Shown here: positions 9,427 through 19,962 of the stretch, piece by piece
Layout: the number at the start of each line of letters is the position of its first letter
Position numbering within the stretch: position 1 is the first letter of the stretch
Source: Pachysolen tannophilus NRRL Y-2460
Lineage: Eukaryota
Length of the DNA: 20,000 nt
Direction: 5' to 3'
Assembly (NCBI GenBank): GCA_001661245.1
Contig: KV454011.1
Location: 2,015,087 to 2,035,086, forward strand
Made by a program: the position numbers and the translations under genes
Notes under the pieces: model-generated
Database searches by the model: none
Seen by the model: only the letters and a program-made list of their open reading frames with translations
Told to the model about the DNA's origin: nothing

Positions 9427-9647
9427 CCGAAAACGGAAATTTGCCCTAAAATAAAAATAATGTTCCCAAACGGGTAATAATTACAAATATGAAATAAAAA
9501 AAAAAAAAAAGATATTTCCAAATCGGGTATTAATTTTGTGAAAAACCCAAATCTAGACCTAGTTGCTGTTTCAAGTAACTTGTGATTTGTAATTTCTTTC
9601 AGATTTCCTTTTTGAGATGATAAGAGAAAACTTTTTTCCTATTATGG
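9427..9647. promoter_or_regulatory. Cluster of four CC-N6-GG (Mcm1/CArG-type) boxes in the divergent MOH1/FGH promoter
   Basis: CCGAAAACGG 9427-9436; (TT)CCCAAACGGG(TAA) 9465-9474; (TTT)CCAAATCGGG(TAT) 9518-9527; (TTT)CCTATTATGG(AAA) 9638-9647. Confidence 0.55.
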
Positions 9648-9729
9648 AAATTATAACCGTTTCCATACATTTCTTTACCAGTTAAAAGTAAGATGAATGG
9701 TAAAGCAAACATGTATATAAGTATATAAG

Positions 9730-9761
<32 letters not shown>

Positions 9762-9820
9762 TGGAAATAATTTCAGTTGAAATATTTAGATCTGAGAAGA
9801 TCAATTGAGTTTGTTTGAGC

Positions 9821-10693
9821 ATGAGTTTTACTGTTAATAAGGAAATTGCCACTTTTGGTGGTAAATTGTTGAAACTATCTCATGAGTCCAAGGCTACTAA
9901 TACCAAGATGGATGTTAATGTGTACTTACCGGCTCAATACGAGAACGATCCATCTGCTACTAAGATTCCTGTTTTACTTTATTTATCAGGACTTGAATGT
10001 ACTCCAAATAATGCTTCGGAAAAGGCTTTTTGGCAACCATTTGCTAACAAGTACGGTTTTGCTGTAGTTTTCCCAGACACTTCTCCAAGAGGTGCTAATG
10101 TCGAAGGTGAAGATGAAACTTGGTATTTAGGTACTGCAGCTTCATTCTATGTTGATTCTACAACTTCTAAATGGTCCAAGAATTATAAAATGTACTCATA
10201 TATTAATGATGAATTGCAATCGGAATTGGCAAGTTATTTGACCAAGTTAGATTTCAATAATATTTCGATTTCTGGTCACTCAATGGGTGGTTATGGTGCT
10301 TTAATGATTTTCTTGAAGAATCCTTCAAAATATAAAACAGTTTCTGCTTTTTCACCAGTGGCAAATGTTCATGATAATAAATGGTCCGAATTATGTTTTG
10401 CTAATTATCTCGGTCAAGAAAAATCAAGTTGGGACCAGTACGATATTTTAAAATTGATTAAATCGTATAATGGACCAACACCTGAAATTTTAATCCATCT
10501 TGGTACGAAGGATCCTTTCTTGAATGAATTGAAATCCAAATTGATCTTGGATGCTTCGAAAGGCACAAAATTTGAAGGAAAAGTTGATTACAATTTTGTA
10601 GAAGGTTACGACCATTCTTATTACTATGTTTCTTCGTTTGTTGATGAACATGCTAAACATCATGCAAAGTATTTAGGCTTGGCTGATAACTGA
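9821..10693 (+). CDS. FGH1: S-formylglutathione hydrolase / esterase D (YJL068C/FGH1 family), 290 aa; possible readthrough isoform to 10729
   Basis: First ATG is 9821 (the track started at an upstream TTG). Motifs TFGGKLLKLSH, PDTSPRG, nucleophile GHSMGG, DPFL (Asp) and GYDHSYY (His). Confidence 0.93.
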   Translation: MSFTVNKEIATFGGKLLKLSHESKATNTKMDVNVYLPAQYENDPSATKIPVLLYLSGLECTPNNASEKAFWQPFANKYGFAVVFPDTSPRGANVEGEDETWYLGTAASFYVDSTTSKWSKNYKMYSYINDELQSELASYLTKLDFNNISISGHSMGGYGALMIFLKNPSKYKTVSAFSPVANVHDNKWSELCFANYLGQEKSSWDQYDILKLIKSYNGPTPEILIHLGTKDPFLNELKSKLILDASKGTKFEGKVDYNFVEGYDHSYYYVSSFVDEHAKHHAKYLGLADN

Positions 10694-10803
10694 CTAACAG
10701 CTGCTGATATTCCAATTCCACATCTTTGAAAAATAAATCTACAACCAAAACCACTATATATATGTATTTCGAATTTTTTTTTTTTTTATTGAAAGAATTT
10801 TTG

Positions 10804-13200
10804 TTAAATATTTTCTCCAAAAATAAAAGGAATATCATCTCCATATGTAACTTCTCCAACTCTTGTAACCGTATCAATTCTAACCTTATCACTATTAATG
10901 GAATTTGTTTTAAGCAAATTATTTAAAATATTACCAACCTTTTGATGCTTTTCCTGTTTTTTAAGTAACTCTTTCTTGTAAATTATCCAACTTGGAACTA
11001 CAGTAGCACCTTTGAATTCATCATTAACAAAAATATTCCAATATAGAGGTTCTACTTTATCAATATTACTCTCTTTATTCTCGTTGGCCCATTCGATAAC
11101 TGCGTAGTCTTCAGATCCAAAAGTTTCAATATGCAGGATTTTCTGCACTTTATTTACTTTCAACTGTTCAGGATTCTGCATAGATACTACAGATATATCC
11201 CCAATCAATAAAGAAAATGATTTCTTTTCCTGCTTTCGTTCTTCTTCGTCTTCCTTCTCAGAAAAGTTATCACTTATTACACCATTTGATCTAGATGAAA
11301 CAATCACCCATTCATCATCGACCAAAGGTTCGTCCTCTTTACCCAAGTTTCCAGAAACCAGTGAAAGCTTTCTCAAATCGTCTTCTTCAGTATATGAACT
11401 AGCAAAACTGATATTAACAGACTCTAACATAACATGTTCCACCGATGAGTGGCTTGGTAATGGAAATTTCTTTTCCACAACTTTCCATCCACCATTATAC
11501 TTATTTTCTTTGACGTCACTACTATCCAAGCGTATTGGAAGAACTAATGATCCTTCTTTTGATCTAGTTATAGATCTAACCCTTCTTTCGATAAAATATT
11601 TCACAATAATTTGAAAATAATTTGAATTTGGGTCCAAAGACCCAGAGGGGAAATCTTTGTATTTGTATGAAACTTTAACTTGTAAATTTGAAGAACATTC
11701 TTTGCATATATTGAATAATGGTTTTGGTTGCAGTTGCTTCTGTTGTTGAATGAGCCTATTTATAAGTTGATTCTTGATTAGAAATTGAGTAGCACCCAAG
11801 CTAGAAGAATCTTCAAGTGGTAGATTTACATCTTGAGTAACTTCTAAACATGAACCCGATTGGAATGAATCATCAATATTCTTTGTAATTCTTAAGCTGT
11901 CATTAAGTTGATCCTGCTTGCGATAACAAATCAAAGGTATTTCAAACTGTAAATTTCCGTTACACCAACTTTCATTGAAAATTCTTTTACCATTTTCACT
12001 AAAAAACTTTCCCTGGCCTTCATTAAAACTACTATAAAATAAAAAATCGTTTTTAGTGTTTGGAATTTTATAAACAGTTGAATTTTGAGATTGAATAAAA
12101 GTATTTATGCTCATTTCCTGTGCAGTCAATCCAATCCAAAATTTTATATCCTGTTTTTCAAAATCCAGGGAACCAAAATGTTCGTAAGTCCATGCGGGTG
12201 CAAAAATCCCACAATTGGAAATGTATTTAATGATCCAAGAAAGCGCTATACTTGTCTCAAATCCGCCGTTACTAAATTTCATTCCCCTTCCCCAAACATC
12301 AACTCCAACGTATACATTTTCTTGTGCACCTTTTAAACCCACCAATTCAATATTTTTTGTTAGATGAGTTTGGTCCCACCAATAATTAGTTAGCAAATTA
12401 TCAGATGCTCTATATAAATCATAATTTTCATCGGCGATTCCATTAAAATACTGAACTCTGTTTAACAGCGGCACGTATGCGTCATACCATATCAATTTTG
12501 AGTCTGGGTTTACCAAATGTAATTCGCATTTCAATGAATCAATAAACTTCACAATATCATAAGATAAATTCTTATCAGAAAACCTTGTCTCTATATTGAT
12601 TAGCCATCCATCAAACTTATAAACTTTTACTAATTCAACGAGAATCTTAATATATTTGAAATGAATCCTATCAGAATCTTTAGCAACAAAATCATTACAT
12701 TCATCCAAAGCTTCCAGTGTATTCCCCTCTATAATGACAGTTCCTAGACATCTAATACCGTTTCTATGACACATATTTATCCAACTAACTGGGGGTACAC
12801 TTATTCTATGATGAGAAAAATATACAAAATCGTCAATTAATGATGGAAATTGCAAGAAATATCGTTGCCCTGTCAGATGAGGGAAATACCCCAATGGATT
12901 TAAATCTTCTTTATCCTGATAACCACCTTTGAAATCATGGCAAATCAATAACTTTGGTCTATATTCCAATTGCATAAAATCTCTAGTATTTGCTCTTTCA
13001 TATGCAGCTAACCCATCTTTAGCAATTCTGAATTTATCCAAAGCAGATGTTTTTGTAGTATTATCCTTTCTGTTATCATACCATTCTTGAGCCTTTTTCA
13101 AGTTTGTGAAAAAGATACTAGATAAAGCATCACCATTAACATTGAAAAATTTCTGTTTTCCCTTGGGGTCGTTGACAACTTTTTGGTTCTTTCCAGACAT
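10804..13200 (-). CDS. Cytosolic endo-beta-N-acetylglucosaminidase (glycoside hydrolase family 85), ~798 aa
   Basis: GH85 motifs KLLICHDFKGGY, FVYFSHHRISVPP..WINMCHRNG...LGT, catalytic FDGWLINIE, IWYD, TNYWW, VYVGVDVWGRG and GIFAPAWTYE. First ATG at 13200 (track started at TTG 13350). No signal peptide. Confidence 0.92.
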   Translation of the reverse strand: MSGKNQKVVNDPKGKQKFFNVNGDALSSIFFTNLKKAQEWYDNRKDNTTKTSALDKFRIAKDGLAAYERANTRDFMQLEYRPKLLICHDFKGGYQDKEDLNPLGYFPHLTGQRYFLQFPSLIDDFVYFSHHRISVPPVSWINMCHRNGIRCLGTVIIEGNTLEALDECNDFVAKDSDRIHFKYIKILVELVKVYKFDGWLINIETRFSDKNLSYDIVKFIDSLKCELHLVNPDSKLIWYDAYVPLLNRVQYFNGIADENYDLYRASDNLLTNYWWDQTHLTKNIELVGLKGAQENVYVGVDVWGRGMKFSNGGFETSIALSWIIKYISNCGIFAPAWTYEHFGSLDFEKQDIKFWIGLTAQEMSINTFIQSQNSTVYKIPNTKNDFLFYSSFNEGQGKFFSENGKRIFNESWCNGNLQFEIPLICYRKQDQLNDSLRITKNIDDSFQSGSCLEVTQDVNLPLEDSSSLGATQFLIKNQLINRLIQQQKQLQPKPLFNICKECSSNLQVKVSYKYKDFPSGSLDPNSNYFQIIVKYFIERRVRSITRSKEGSLVLPIRLDSSDVKENKYNGGWKVVEKKFPLPSHSSVEHVMLESVNISFASSYTEEDDLRKLSLVSGNLGKEDEPLVDDEWVIVSSRSNGVISDNFSEKEDEEERKQEKKSFSLLIGDISVVSMQNPEQLKVNKVQKILHIETFGSEDYAVIEWANENKESNIDKVEPLYWNIFVNDEFKGATVVPSWIIYKKELLKKQEKHQKVGNILNNLLKTNSINSDKVRIDTVTRVGEVTYGDDIPFIFGENI

Positions 13201-13669
13201 TATACATTTATAATTTCTAACAATATTCAGACTAACACGCCTATCTGTAAGAATTTGATATATATGACCTAAAGATTTTAAATTTGATGTGTTTCCTTGA
13301 AAACACAGATTAAGCTCTATAAACTCTGATGAATCCGTAATTATGACCAAATAGTGAGTTATAACTTTAAGAAATGAATCTAACTAATAAAAGATTCAAT
13401 TGTAGAAAGGTTTATATAGAATTAAAAATAATATAATAATAATTCAATTAATTTATGCAGTAGTGTGTATGTACCATTATAATATAAATACTCTAAGCAA
13501 GAGGTTTAGCATTTTAATTCGTATACAAAACATTTTTAATAACGGGAATTAAATGAACTTTAAAACACAAGCAGATAGATAATTAAGATAAGATTTTGAT
13601 ATATATGAGTATTACTTAAGAGATTTGAGGAGTTTTATATATATATATATATATATATCTTTTTGTTAA

Positions 13670-14569
13670 CTACTTTGAATCTTCTTGTGCATCTTCCATT
13701 TTAGCATCTTCATCTTCCTTATCCTCTTTTTCTTTTTCTTTTTCATTTTCATTTTCATTTTCATTTTCCTTTTCTTTGTTAGATGACTCCACTCCTTCTT
13801 CTTGAATATCTTGTAATTTCTGGTCTTGTTGTTTTGTAGCCTTTTCACGATCTTGCTGTTCTCTTTCCTGTCTTGATCTTTCTTCTTCTAAAGATAAACG
13901 TAATGCCAACGCCAATTCCGGATCCATATTTGGATCTGCACCCAAATCGAAAAAATCATCATTTGCACCTGCTTCTCCGCCAAATGCAGCACCTCCATTT
14001 TGTAGAATTGGAGAAGATGCAATATGTTCATATAACAATTTAGGACCTGGTGAAACCGTTAAAAGATGAGAATTATCATCTTTATTAACTATTTCAATAA
14101 ATTTTTCTAATTTTGAAGTATTTAAACTTTCTTCACCAAAATTTATAAAATCAACAGCAATATTATTTTTTTTCAATTTTTTTGCTAATTTTTCTAAATC
14201 TTTATCTGATTCCGCAATTGGACTAGCAACAAACGCAATCACTCTCTGATGTTGTACTTTATTCTGACGATGTTTCAAAACTAATAATGCAACTTGAATA
14301 CTTGTACTTAAATGCAATTTCCCATCAATATTAACTTCATGTATTCCAGCCAAGATCCTACCAAAATCTGTAGTCAACGTAGATAAGACTTTAGGTCCAT
14401 CTCCACCCATTGACATCAAACCAACCGTATTCTCCGGATTCGAATTCGTCTTTGATTGGAAAATATAATCAACAGAATCCAATTGAGCATCAAATCTTGA
14501 TGTTAAAAAATCCCCATTTCTTGTATATTCCGAAGAATCTACAAGTATCATAGTAGCTTCAAGAACCAT
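13670..14569 (-). CDS. RPN10: 26S proteasome ubiquitin receptor Rpn10 (vWA + UIM), 299 aa
   Basis: Starts MVLEATMILVD at ATG 14569. Motifs NPENTVG, LKHRQNK, VDFINFGE and UIM DPELALALRLSLEEE. Acidic tail with (EN)n/(EK)n repeats. Confidence 0.96.
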   Translation of the reverse strand: MVLEATMILVDSSEYTRNGDFLTSRFDAQLDSVDYIFQSKTNSNPENTVGLMSMGGDGPKVLSTLTTDFGRILAGIHEVNIDGKLHLSTSIQVALLVLKHRQNKVQHQRVIAFVASPIAESDKDLEKLAKKLKKNNIAVDFINFGEESLNTSKLEKFIEIVNKDDNSHLLTVSPGPKLLYEHIASSPILQNGGAAFGGEAGANDDFFDLGADPNMDPELALALRLSLEEERSRQEREQQDREKATKQQDQKLQDIQEEGVESSNKEKENENENENEKEKEKEDKEDEDAKMEDAQEDSK

Positions 14570-14749
14570 GTTGCTACTTAATATATACTTCAATCAATCC
14601 CGTAAAACAACAATACCAAACTTTCCTCTATACCTCTTTTGAATCAATCCAATCCAAAGACAACAATAAACCAACTTATTCTTATTCTTCTTATACTTCT
14701 TATACTTCTTGTTCTTGTTCTTCTTCTTCTTATTCCTAGTATATTTTGA

Positions 14750-14758
14750 AGTGGCAAT
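14750..14758 (+). promoter_or_regulatory. PACE-like (Rpn4) element AGTGGCAAT upstream of RPN10
   Basis: Variant of GGTGGCAAA/AGTGGCAAA, ~180 bp upstream of a proteasome subunit ATG. Confidence 0.55.
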
Positions 14759-14835
14759 TTCGTCGAAGACAAAAAGGTTCGGTTTTTGTGGTGATGTTAC
14801 ACGACCTGTTTTTCTCTCTCTATGTGTGTATACGA

Positions 14836-14844
14836 TTTGTTTAC
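14836..14844 (-). promoter_or_regulatory. Forkhead-type site GTAAACAAA upstream of the NBL1-like gene
   Basis: TTTGTTTAC on +, ~150 bp upstream of the ATG of a putative mitotic gene. Confidence 0.4.
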
Positions 14845-14990
14845 ATTTTCAATAAGTTTCCTATGGAATTGATACTTTAATTAAAGATCAGGTAAGGTTA
14901 GATTGGGGAATAAGGAGGCTATAGCTGGTTCTTGGGTGCTGGTTTTTTGGTTATTGTTAGTTGTGGAATTGTGGAATTGTGGAATTGAAT

Positions 14991-15287
14991 ATGGGTGGGA
15001 AGAGTGTTCGAAGGTTTACGAAAACTGAAAAAATGCAGTTAATAGAGAGGTTTGAGATACATTTAAATAATAGAAGAAACATGTTGATAAATCAGACAAA
15101 AAATTCGCCGGCAGACATTGAGAATAAGTTGCGAAGAAGGTTAGATAGAGTGCTCAGGAAGTTGTGGGATGTTAAGATGAAAGATGTGTTGGACCTTGAA
15201 AGAGAACAAAAAGTTAATATTGTAAGTCTTATAAAAGACGTTGAAGAGTATAAAAAATTATCAAGAGATGGTTCAGGAAATGTTTAG
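14991..15287 (+). CDS. NBL1: Nbl1/Borealin N-terminal-like chromosomal passenger complex subunit, 98 aa
   Basis: Helical small protein FTKTEKMQLIERFE...RR..L...IENKLRRRLDRV..KLWDVKMKDVL fits the Nbl1_Borealin_N pattern. Divergent from RPN10, like S. cerevisiae NBL1 (YHR199C-A)/RPN10 (YHR200W). Confidence 0.7.
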   Translation: MGGKSVRRFTKTEKMQLIERFEIHLNNRRNMLINQTKNSPADIENKLRRRLDRVLRKLWDVKMKDVLDLEREQKVNIVSLIKDVEEYKKLSRDGSGNV

Positions 15288-15550
15288 TTCTAAAGAACGA
15301 AAAATGTTGCGTGTTGTTTGTTATGTGTTATATTACAATTTTTCAAATATTACTACTTTTACTACTGTGTTTCTTTGTTTGAATTGTTTTATAAAATAAT
15401 TTAATAAAGGTCTAATAAAATAAATAACTAATAACGAAAATAGATAGATACAAAGTAGTACAACAAAAAAAATAAAAGAACTAGCATTAGCATCCCCAGG
15501 TGTTTGTGTGTGTATTTTTTTGATTTTTTTTTTCTTTTCCTTCTTCTTTC

Positions 15551-18500
15551 TTATGCTTCTTCTGGAACATCATCATGGAAATATTTTCCCTCAGTAGTTG
15601 GTTTGATTACACCAGTTCTGATCAAGAAATCACCAAAATGTTCACCATCTTGTCTTTCTAAAGACCATTTTTTAAATAATGGTTTCAAAATATCCAAGAT
15701 TTCATCTTCTTTTATAGAAGACCTGTAAAGCTTATTTAAACGTTGTCCATAATAACCTCCTCCTAACATCAAGTTATATGCACCTGGTGCTTTACCAATA
15801 AGTGCAACTTCTGCTAACCAAGGTCTTGAACAACCATTTGGACAACCAGTCATCCTCATAACTATAGAATCATGCTTCAACCCATACTCTTCCAAACTTT
15901 CTTCAAGTTTTGAAATCAATACCGGTAAATAACGTTCTGATTCAGCCATGGCTAAACCACATGTTGGTAATGCTACACATGCTGCCGATGACAATCTTAA
16001 ACCAGAATAATTTGTATTATCCAACTTATATTTGCTCAATAATGATTTAACTCCCGCTAAATCAGTATCTGCAATGTTTGAAATTAACATATGCTGGTTA
16101 CCAGTTAATCTGAATTCACCTTGACCAACTTTAATTAAATAATGAGCAATTTCACGTAACCCTGTTTTATGTGGTAATTCTGGAGTATCTTCAACTCTAC
16201 CATTTTCAATAAAACACGTATAATGATTTAATCCACTTTCATCTTTGATCCAACCAAAATAATCAATGTTTGAATCAATTTCAAATGGAACTGGACGTTC
16301 AAATTTAAAACCCATTAATTCTTCAACTTTTTGCTTGTATACATCAACACCCATATCATCAATAGTATACTTCAATCTAGCATGTTTTCTATTCTTACGG
16401 TCACCAAAATCACGTTGGACTAACATAATTTTTTCACAAGCAATGTGAACTTTATCATAAGGAATAAAACCAAATAAACTACCCGTTCTTGGATAAGTTT
16501 TCTTGTTGTTATGAGTGGTACCCATACCACCACCAACAGTAACGTTATAACCAGTAACAATATTATCTTTATCAACAATGGCAATAAGACCAACATCATG
16601 AGCATAAACATCAACATCATTATAAGGAGGGACAGTAATAACAACTTTGAATTTACGTGGAAGATAAGTAGGACCATAAAGAGGTTCTTGATCAACTAAA
16701 GCATTACCTGAAACTAAAACTTTCTTCTTACGTGGACCATCTTTTCTTGATTCCCAAACTTTAGGATCATTTGGTGAAACATCGTTATCATCAACACCTT
16801 CTAACCAAATTTCATGATATGCTGTTGTTTGAGGAAGTAAATGTTCAGATACAACGTAGGATGTATGTGCAATTTGTTTATGGACTTTAGCATTAGATGG
16901 TAAAGCAGAAACCATTACATTACGGTTAACATCACCACAAGCACCTAAAGTATCCAATAATACAGAATTCATTCCTCTAATAGCAGCTTTTAAATCATGT
17001 TTAACAACACCATGAAGTTGGAATGTAGCTCTGGTGGTAATTTTCATTGTACCATTACCTCTAGTGTCAGCCAATTCATCAATTTTAAGCCATTGCTGAG
17101 GAGTTGCAGCACCACCTGGAAGTCTAAGTCTTGCCATGAAAGCATAAGCTGGCTCGAGACCTTCACTTTTCCTTTCATCTCTAATATCTCTGTCATCTTG
17201 CATATAGATACCGTGGAATTTTGTCAATTGCTGATCGTTCGCTGCAATAGCACCTGTGGATTGATCATTTAATCCTTCAACAATTGTACCTCTAAGATAA
17301 TCAGATGCAATCTTTATATCTTCATTGGTGATTGGAGGTGGTTCATCAACAGAAACAGCACCAGAAACACCCAAGGCTTCCCATAATTTAGGTTCCCATT
17401 CAGCATAACCTGTTTGATAACCGTCAGCATCCTGATCGTCTCCAAGACCCAATGGAGCCAATTCTTGAACTCCCAACAATGATAATCTCTTAGACAAATC
17501 TTTACAAGGCTTATTATAGTAATGTTTATCTTCCTTTCTTGGCCAGTAGGCAGAGTCACCAAGACCAAAAATAGCAACTTTTAAATTTGGAAGATCCAAA
17601 TCTGGTGCATTCTTAATTGCATCCCAAAGGTTCCTTCCGTTTTGTGGGAATTCACCTTGTCCTGCAGTGGAAGTAATGAAAACCAAGTTAGTTTCAATTG
17701 CCAAATCTTCAAGAGTCAAATCATCCATAGCCAAGACAAATGTTTTTAAACCTCTTGCAGCACCACGTTTACCCAATCTTTTGGCCAAAGATTCTGCATT
17801 ACCTCCATCGGAAGCAAATGCGATAGTTAACGGTGGGCCTGTTAAACCCTCCAATAAACTGTCGTAGGCTTCTTTGGCTTTTTGTTTTTGTTTTGTTTTG
17901 ATATCACTAGTTAATGAGTAAGTCAAGTTTCTCGATAATAATGGATCTTTCTTAGTCAATAATGTTAATTTATTTTCTTTGTCCAAGAAATCTTGTAATT
18001 CCTTTTTAATATTTGATGAATCCAATTTGAAAACTTCTTCATTATTGTCTTCATAAGTTGGATTGTATCTGTATAATGGCCAATAACCAGCATCCACGCT
18101 CTTCTTTGTTTCTTGTAAAATCTTTAAACTATCATCATTTTCACTTTCATACGGTAAATAAGCTAATATAATAGATGGACCATCAAAGTTACTTGCTTCA
18201 ACAACCGCTTGCAAGACTTGAGTATACGATGAATATACAGCAACTGAAGCAACATAAACATTACCAAAGTTCATTGCATATAAACCAATGTCCTTTTTCC
18301 TGTATAAGGATTTATTTTTTTTAACAACTTCATAAGGTTCATTATCAAATACAATCATGTTAACATTTTCACCTGATGAAATTAAATGGTGAACACCTGA
18401 TGAACCCAAATCATATGACCAAGAATCTGATCCAACTAACCACGAAGAATTTTTATGGAAGTAATGTTCATATTTCAATAATTGCGATGCAGCATTGGAT

Positions 18501-19962
18501 TCATCTTCTTTTAATAATGCAATGATTTGATCAGCCTTATCAACTGTTTCAGTCTTATCATTCGAACTTACTACCCACTCTGATAATAATTCAACTAACT
18601 CTGCAGCTCTTGGACTTTGAAATTCATTTTCAGTAATTGAAGTTTGAATCAATTTAATCAATTTTTCTCTTTGCTCTTTTTCAAATAAAAATTTACCAAA
18701 TCCAAATTCAGGATTAGTTTCAGTTCCAATATTTTTTAAATTAGAATCAAGTTTATTCAAAATATTCAATTTTGAACCAAAAACTTGTTCTAAAATCTTG
18801 AAATAAGCTAATTCTAATTTGTGAGCGCTGGATATAACTTTTGTTATATCTTTAACAGATTCAACATCCTGTCTTTGACCAACAAACAAATTTTGAACAG
18901 GTTTCGAAGATCTTGAATTTTCTATTAATTTTGAAACTACTTCCAGTGAATTTGTGAAAGAGCCTAATTGTGATGCAACAACTTGTTTAATATTTCTTTC
19001 TTGTAATTTTTCAAAATTATTTAATATATCCAACAACAAATTTTGGAATTGATTTATTTGTAAAGATTGTTCTATTGTTAATAATCTTTTAACTGAGTTT
19101 GGTAAATTTTTCAAAAAATTTTCAAAATTAAAAGGCCTGTAAACTCTAATGTTTAAAATACCTGCATTGAAATTTTGTGCATCTTTTGATAATTTCCAAC
19201 CTGCGTTACCTAAGATAACCAAGACATCTTCTGGATAAGCAGGTCCAATATACTCAAATGATTTATAAGAGTTACCTGTGATTGCTGCAATAGTTTTAAA
19301 ACTTTTTTCAATCAATTCATCAACGTCACCCAGAGTTATTTTATTATTGGTGTTGTACAGATCAGTACCGACATCCACTTTAAAATTTTCAATAAGTTGT
19401 TTAATTTTAGTTTCTTCTAAACAAGTAGTTGTATCAAAATAGTGTATGACTTGATGAATAATTGCTCTAATGGTATACTGGTCCAAAAATGATGCATTTT
19501 TTTCTGTACATGCATCTGATGGTGAAAAAAAATGTAAAACAGGTCTTGATATGGCAGTGGCCAATAAGTATGCTACAATCGACATATCATGGGCTTCAAG
19601 TGCATTATTCGATAACAATATGGTAAATCCTGAATCTTTTAAAGAACTTACATATGAAAACTCATCTTTTGGTAGTTGAGCATGAATAACAATCTTGGAA
19701 TTTTGTAACCCATTCAAATATGGGAGATTGTTGAAAAGTACTTCTGCTGTAGTAGCAAGAGTGAAAATATTATCATCAGAATCCTTTGTTACTTCATCCT
19801 TGACAATCGCCAACGGATCATTTGAATCAATCAAGTTTACAACTTTAATACCCTCATTCGTCAGTGTGACCTCATTAAAATTTTTAGAGAAATCCGAATC
19901 CACTGATTTGGCAGGTTTCGTTGTGAAAACAAGACCACCAACTGCATTTGCAACATGAGCAA
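15551..19962 (-). CDS. MET5: Sulfite reductase (NADPH) beta subunit, 5'-incomplete (large exon; first exon probably beyond the window)
   Basis: PFOR/TPP-like N-terminal region (WLVGSDSWSYDLG, YVASVAVYSSY), flavodoxin domain (ASDGGNAE, TSTAGQGEFP) and NIR/SIR hemoprotein (KFHGIYMQDDRD, ACGDVNRN, YLPRKFK). 4Fe-4S/siroheme ligands CVALPTC and GCPNGC. The frame extends past GTG 19903 to a poly-pyrimidine tract + AAG ending at 19963. Confidence 0.95.

Noticed and set aside
10692..10700. GACTAACAG overlapping the FGH stop looks like a branchpoint + acceptor
   Set aside because: The nearest donor-like GTATTT (10669) gives only a 32-nt intron, and more distant donors would delete the catalytic His. 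Readthrough is the simpler reading.
13201..13350. TTG-initiated N-terminal extensions from the ORF track (ENGase; likewise FGH 9815, RPN10 14593, NBL1 14961)
   Set aside because: The track uses bacterial-style alternative starts. Downstream ATGs are the expected eukaryotic starts and match known family N-termini for FGH and RPN10.
14892..14960. GTAAGG...TTGTTAG as an intron ahead of NBL1
   Set aside because: No CTAAC branchpoint and no in-frame upstream ATG; at most a 5'-UTR intron.
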